NCBI RefSeq assembly: GCF_038025025.1
Contig: NW_027117339.1
Location: 2,170,001 to 2,234,000 of the forward strand
Origin: Phyllosticta citribraziliensis
Lineage: Eukaryota
Reading direction: 5' to 3'
DNA length: 64,000 bases
Shown here: positions 58,500 to 64,000 of the stretch, piece by piece
How positions within the stretch are numbered: position 1 is the first letter of the stretch
Layout of the letters: each line of letters begins with the position of its first letter
Translations under genes and position numbers: made by a program
The notes under the pieces: generated by a model
What the model saw: the letters and a program-made list of their open reading frames with translations, nothing else
Database searches by the model: none
What the model was told of the DNA's origin: nothing

Positions 58500-59477
58500 G
58501 TCGTTTCCACCTTTCACTTCACGTATCTATGACCAAGGAGCGGAAGTTTTGGCGTCAACCGGCAGGACTGAATTTGCTATTCTTTGAAGAGCTGGCATTG
58601 CACGGGGCATTGGGTAGACTTTCTGGGATACAGCGAGGCGTTTGCCAGTTCTATATTTTGCTACAAGCGTGCTTTCAGACTCCGCAACAGTCTTGGAGTT
58701 GTAGACCGGCGTGGCTTGTGACACTTGAGCAGTAATGCAGCTAGGCGCTTGCGGGATCTTGAACCAGACTTGTCAAACCTACATTTCTATGCTGTGCGCT
58801 GACATAGTTTCTTACGCCTACAGAAAGGCTGGCGCGCAGGCAACATCATCAACTGACTGCCAATCAACAACCGCCAATTTCAGAGCTCGAATCCACTCGT
58901 TGACATGAGTGCTTCATTGCTCCGACTTGTCATCAGAACGCCGACGAATCAGCAATTTCACTTCACTATGCCGGAGCTGCTGTATTGACCTACTTTGCCG
59001 AAAAATCATAGCTGCAACAGCCAACTGCGCTGTTCTCTCGTGATTCAAGTGTTAGCTCATACACAGCATCATCAAGTTCTCTTCAGAAGCTTTTGTCCGG
59101 GAAAGTGCAACGCCACAGTTGGAGCTCTCCAACAGCAACCCAGCATGGAGCGACAACCGGGCAGAGAAGAAAAAATAAAATAAACGTAAATATAAAAAAG
59201 CCAAAACGATGACCAAGTTGAGCCAAGCCAAAATGCGGTTGGTTTTTGGCACTCCAGGTTTCTCGGAGATGGGGGACCCCCGCCCTCCACTACTGGTCCC
59301 TCGCTCGAGACCCACGGACCTCGGCAGGATGACCCACGTCCACCGACCTCCTCCCGCAGCAACCAACTCAAAGACCACATGGCAGCCGCTCCAGCAGCTC
59401 CACCATGAAGCCTTTGTGGCCTTGAAGACCGAAGAAATCACACAGACCTTACCCACAGGAGCCTCCTGTTTTAAACA

Positions 59478-60847
59478 ATGGCTGGCGCCGTAAGACAGCC
59501 AATCGATGTCGCCTCGCTCGAGAGATACATTGACCGGAACGTGCCCGAGATCAAGACGCCCATTGACGTCAAGCAGGTAAGGTCATACGCGCTGGAACAA
59601 AAACCAGATGACAACACACAAGCCTTCCAGCCAGCCCCGAAGCCGTAGTCATCGCCATCGCACACTATCTGCCATGTTGCTAACACGCCGCACAGTTTGG
59701 ATACGGCCAGTCCAACCCCACGTATCTCTTGACAGCAGCCGACAAGGCCAAATTCGTGCTGCGCAAGAAGCCGCCGGGCCAGCTGCTCTCCAAGACGGCG
59801 CACAAGGTCGACCGCGAGTACCGCATCATCCACGCGCTGGAGAATACGGACGTGCCCGTGCCCAAGGCGTATTGCCTCTGCGAAGATGACGCCGTCATTG
59901 GCACTGCCTTTTACATCATGGAATTCCTTGATGGCCGCATTTTCGAGGACCCCAGCCTGCCCAAAGTCAAGCCGGATGATAGGACGAAGATGTATGATTA
60001 TTTCCCCCCCTTGTCTCCCTTTCCTCTTCGTTGATCGGCCGTGTCTTATGCGCATCAAGGTGGCATTCTGCCATAATCACGCTCGCCAAGTTCCACCGTG
60101 TGGATCCGACGTCGGTTGGTCTCGCATCTTTTGGCAAGCACTCTGGCTTCTACAACCGCCAGCTTAACACCTTTGCCACCATTAGCGAAGCGCAGGCCCA
60201 GACCCTCGACGTAGAAACGAAGGAGCCTGTCGGAAAACTCCCGCACTACGACGACATGGTTGCCTTTTTCAAGGACCCCAAGACGCAGCCCAAAGACAGA
60301 GGCACCTTCGTCCACGGCGACTACAAGATTGACAATCTTGTTTTTCACAAGACCGAGCCAAGAGTCATTGGTATCATAGAGTAAGTCTTCACCCAAGCAA
60401 GACTTGTCAAGCTATGGGCGTCATGATTTGCTCACATTCAAGTGTAGTTGGGAAATGTCGACGATAGGGCACCCGCTTTCCGATCTTTCCAACCTCCTCA
60501 CTCCCTTCGTTACGGCTGGCCGAAATGCTGATCTGCTTGGAAGAGTAAGCTCAAATGAAGCCTTTCTCCCGGGTCGAACGCGCGGTCTGCCCCCGAAAGA
60601 CGAGCTTGTCGCGCTCTACCAGCAGGTAGCTGGATGGGACCCCTCTACCGAACTTCCTTGGGGCGAAGCATTTGGGTTGTACCGCGGGACCATCATCTTG
60701 CAAGGGATCGCAGCCCGGTACGCGCTTAGACAAGCAAGTAGCGCTCGTGCGAAGGAGTTTGGAGGGGGGAGAATTGGCATGGCGGAGCTTGCATGGGACT
60801 TGGTGCAAAGGGCGAAGAGCGCAAAGCCCGCGAGTCCGAACCTGTAG
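59478..60847 (+). CDS. APH-family phosphotransferase (ACAD10/11 N-terminal-like)
   Basis: Exons 59478-59576, 59696-59991, 60060-60380 and 60448-60847. [35 protein letters not shown] and [14 protein letters not shown]. Confidence 0.93.
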
Positions 60848-61191
60848 TGGAAACAACTGAAATGATCTCCCAAACATCACGAAAACCTCTTGCAAGCCGC
60901 TCCATGGCTGACACGGACATTGGGGAGACGGACGCTCGTCTCCTGGAAGATGAAATTGAAGGTTGATTGAAATACTGCACCCTGGCAGCCGTGGTATCCT
61001 GTGCTCCACTAACGCCAAAAACCGCTTTTATCGTCAATGCAGGTTTTGACAGCTGAGGCGTAGTGTCTAGCGTACCAATTGATGTCGCCGGCTCATTTCT
61101 GTTCCCGCATGCTCTGGTTACGCCTGCTGTGCTGGTACCAACTTCAAAATGACGTCGTAGTTCTTGATATTCCGTCCACGCTTGGACGAAT

Positions 61192-61728
61192 CTAACCCCT
61201 GTTCTGTCGATCGTCGCCGATGCGCTCGAGGGCCTAACGGGTATTGCATTAGCAACGGTGCTTGGGGCGTAGAGATGGTGGGGTCGGCTGTGCGCGTTTT
61301 GGGCGTGCGGATTTCGTACCTCTAGCATGACCACGGAGTTACCACGGATGACCTGCGAGGTAGTCAGTATTGCGACCACTGCAAAGGAGGATGAGTCGTT
61401 ACATACACACATGCCGACGGGGACTCTCTCGCCACTGCCTCTCTCTTCGACGGCATCGTCCAAGACAATGTTCAGGAAGACCTTGGCAAAAGTCAGTCTC
61501 ATTCGTCGTCTCCGTTGGAGTTCGTTGGTGGCAGGGAGCGAATCATTCAAGTCTGCGAGGGAAACGTACGTCGTATCCACGGAGGATACCGATCACTTTG
61601 CGGGACCCGTTGAGCTGCACAAACAGTCTCTTGTCCAAGTACTGCAAGATTCACATTTCTGTCAGCGATTGTTGCGGCGAATTCCTGGATGTCCTTGCCT
61701 TCTTCAATTCCGGTTGCGCTTGAGGCAT
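61192..61728 (-). CDS. SMX2: Small nuclear ribonucleoprotein G (SmG)
   Basis: Exons 61728-61699, 61641-61570, 61481-61407, 61352-61320 and 61233-61192 give [46 protein letters not shown]...VIRGNSVVMLEALERI. The first intron has a GC donor. Confidence 0.95.
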
Positions 61729-62061
61729 CTTGAAACGCTGAGCTCGCGGAGCTTAGAGGGGTGTGAGGTAGGTAGTTGTCGGCGAAAGACGTTGCGACGG
61801 CGTGGTAGTTGTCGAGAGTTCGCCGCGGACAACAGCCGGACGCGCCAGTCGAGCTCCCGCCAAGTTCTGCCACGGGCGGTGAGCGCGCCTTCACGGCGGT
61901 AAAGCGGGGCAGAACTGTCGCATAACAGCGCGTCACATCTCAGCTCTGACATCGAACTTGCAATCCACAACTGTCCGAACCCGCATTGCCCAACACTTCC
62001 CAAAATCTGAAGGGGCTCACGTGTGCCGCTCCCTCAAGCCTTTCAAAAAGCATCCTGCAAC

Positions 62062-63462
62062 ATGAGAAAATCTTTCGGCTCGCGGCGTGTCCCCCGCAAA
62101 ATCGGCCAAGACGACGACGATGATGCCAGCACGACTGGCTCGGGCAACGAAAGCGGCGGTTCAGCACCAGGTGAGTCATCTCTCGCAAGCAGTCTTGTTG
62201 TGCAGGTCTAACGTCCTTGGCCAGACAGCTGATGGTAAATTACAGAGCCGGTAGTCAAACGCCCACCCATCGCCGCGAAAACCAAAAAGCGCTCATCCCT
62301 ACGCCTGTCATTCGGCCCTGGCGAAGGAGGTGATGGAGGAGAGGAGAAGCATTTCACCCCCAAGAAGAGCAATCTCAGCCGGATCGCTACCGAACGAAAT
62401 GCGGAGCGCAAAGCAAGCGGCGGGTTTCGCGCAAGCCTGTCATCCGACAGGTTACCTTCAAGACCAGACATAGGATCTGAAGACCGGCCCAGCTACAGCA
62501 AGGAAGCATTGGCAGAGCTTCGCGATTCGACCCCCACAACACCAAAGGATTTGAGCAGTGACCGATCAGAATCGGGAAAGGAGTTGGACATCACCGCGAA
62601 ATTTGGGACACTGTCGACGACGCGTACCCCCTCAGCCATTCCAACAGATGCCGAAATACGGGAGAAGAAGGAGCGACGAGCGCGGCTGGCACAGGAGCAC
62701 GAGTCGGGATTCATCTCGCTGGACGACAGGGACGAAGAGCACGGCACAATCTACAACGCGGGCAATGCCTACGACAGCGACGACATGGACCGGCCGCGCG
62801 ACGTGGCACTGCGCTCCAGCTTCAAGGAGAAGTATCCCGAGACCAGGCTCGTCCCGGACGACGAGGATTTTGCCGAAGGCTTCGAAGAGTTCGTCGACGA
62901 CGGCCGCATCAACCTGGGACGCAAGGCCGAGCACGAGGCCGAGCGCAAGCGTCGCAAGGAGATGGCCACCATGATTGCCGAGGCAGAAGGAGGGGCGGAG
63001 GGAGAGTCTGCAGATGACGAGTCCGACGACAGCGAGGCCGAGCGAAACGCGGCGTACGAAGCGGCGCAGACCCGCGCGGGCACGTATGGCCAGCGAGATA
63101 AAGCAAGCACGGATGATACAAGACCACGGACTCCGCCCAAAATCACGCCTCTACCAGAATTGGGCGGCGTACTGGCCCGGCTGAGGGAAAGGCTGAAGGA
63201 GCAGGAGATAATCAAGACGCAAAAAGTGCGGAGGATGCAAGAATTGGTTAGGGAACGGGCCGAGATTGAAAGCCACGAAAAATGGATACAGGAGCAGCTC
63301 AAGGAAGCCGGCGAGAGGTACGAGAAGTTGCGGATTGAGGCTGGAAGCAGTGGTCCGTCTACGACTCCTGTGAACGGGCAAAGCGGAAGCGCTGGAGATG
63401 GCGAGAAAGACCTCGAGGGCTCGGCGGCGAGCACCGATGGCGAAGATGGGGATTCTGAATAA
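62062..63462 (+). CDS. NTR2: Nineteen-complex-related protein 2 (spliceosome disassembly factor)-like
   Basis: Exons 62062-62170 and 62246-63462. Motifs SFGSRRVPRKIG, LRLSFGPG, RPSYSKEALAELRDSTP, IPTDAEIREKKERRARL, EDFAEGFEEFVDDG, AAYEAAQTRAG and PPKITPLP. Confidence 0.85.
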
Positions 63463-63690
63463 GGAGTTTCTATACTATGTGGTGGAACATTCTAATGATG
63501 CTGAACTGGAGCGAAAATCCACCAAATCCCCTTGCCTGACCCTGACGTGTTCTGTCCATTGAAGTTAATGCGGGATCTAATGCATTCGAACACTTGCTAG
63601 ATTGCTCTCATGCCACGGAGTCTCCACGTTGAATGCCATTAGATTCATGCAAAGTAATATTTACAAGGCAGCGTCAGCCTACACAGTGGC

Positions 63691-64000
63691 CTACACGGTA
63701 GTCATGACGCTAGCGTTTTGGTACCAGCTAAGAAGGGGGTTTTCTCCACTACGGACCTCGGTGTCCTCTACATACGCCCACCTGCGCATAAAGTCCTCGT
63801 GCGTAAGGACGCGGGTCAGCCTGCCAGTAATGGCGCGGTAGACGTCCTCCATGATTTGAAAGTCGGTTGGGAAGAGTATGTCAAAGTAGCCTTGCTGGAC
63901 CTGTCAGGAGTATTAGACAAAGGACTTCTGGCAATTGTCAGTCGTTGGAAGCTTACCATGGCCGTGGAAACTGGTATCGTTTTCCTCTTGTACCTCGTCT
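63691..64000 (-). CDS. 3' end of a DUF185/NDUFAF7-like SAM-dependent methyltransferase (5' part outside the window)
   Basis: Exons 64000-63957 and 63900-63691 (intron GTAAGC..CAG) give TRYKRKTIPVSTAM-VQQGYFDILFPTDF...SGENPLLSWYQNASVMTTV*. Confidence 0.75.

Overview
Gene-dense filamentous ascomycete (Pezizomycotina-type) genomic DNA. The evidence is short GT-AG introns with CTRAC/CTAAY branch sites and fungal housekeeping genes. Conserved genes occupy both ends. Left: ATP synthase subunit e, dynein intermediate chain, Abp1 and a large F-box/zinc-finger protein. Right: RPS15, RPP2, SPT2, an APH phosphotransferase, SmG, NTR2 and a partial DUF185 methyltransferase. The middle is accessory-like. 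At 14-30 kb, three paralogous Ty1/copia gag-only genes (no pol, no visible LTR, each interrupted in a potentially repairable way) bracket a ~3,140-aa DUF3638/DUF3645-type SF2-helicase-like gene. A decayed paralog of a Cys-rich gene found 39 kb away lies beside them. At 32-55 kb are a GPI-anchored wall protein, an MFS transporter, a stand-alone HET-domain gene converging on a HeLo-like N-terminal-domain gene, a PTR2 peptide transporter, a C2H2 finger-containing unknown protein and the Cys-rich gene. A non-coding ~100-bp degenerate tandem array with higher-order structure and internal hairpins lies at 3.6-4.25 kb. Exon structures were derived by eye, and family names come from motif recognition, not database searches.
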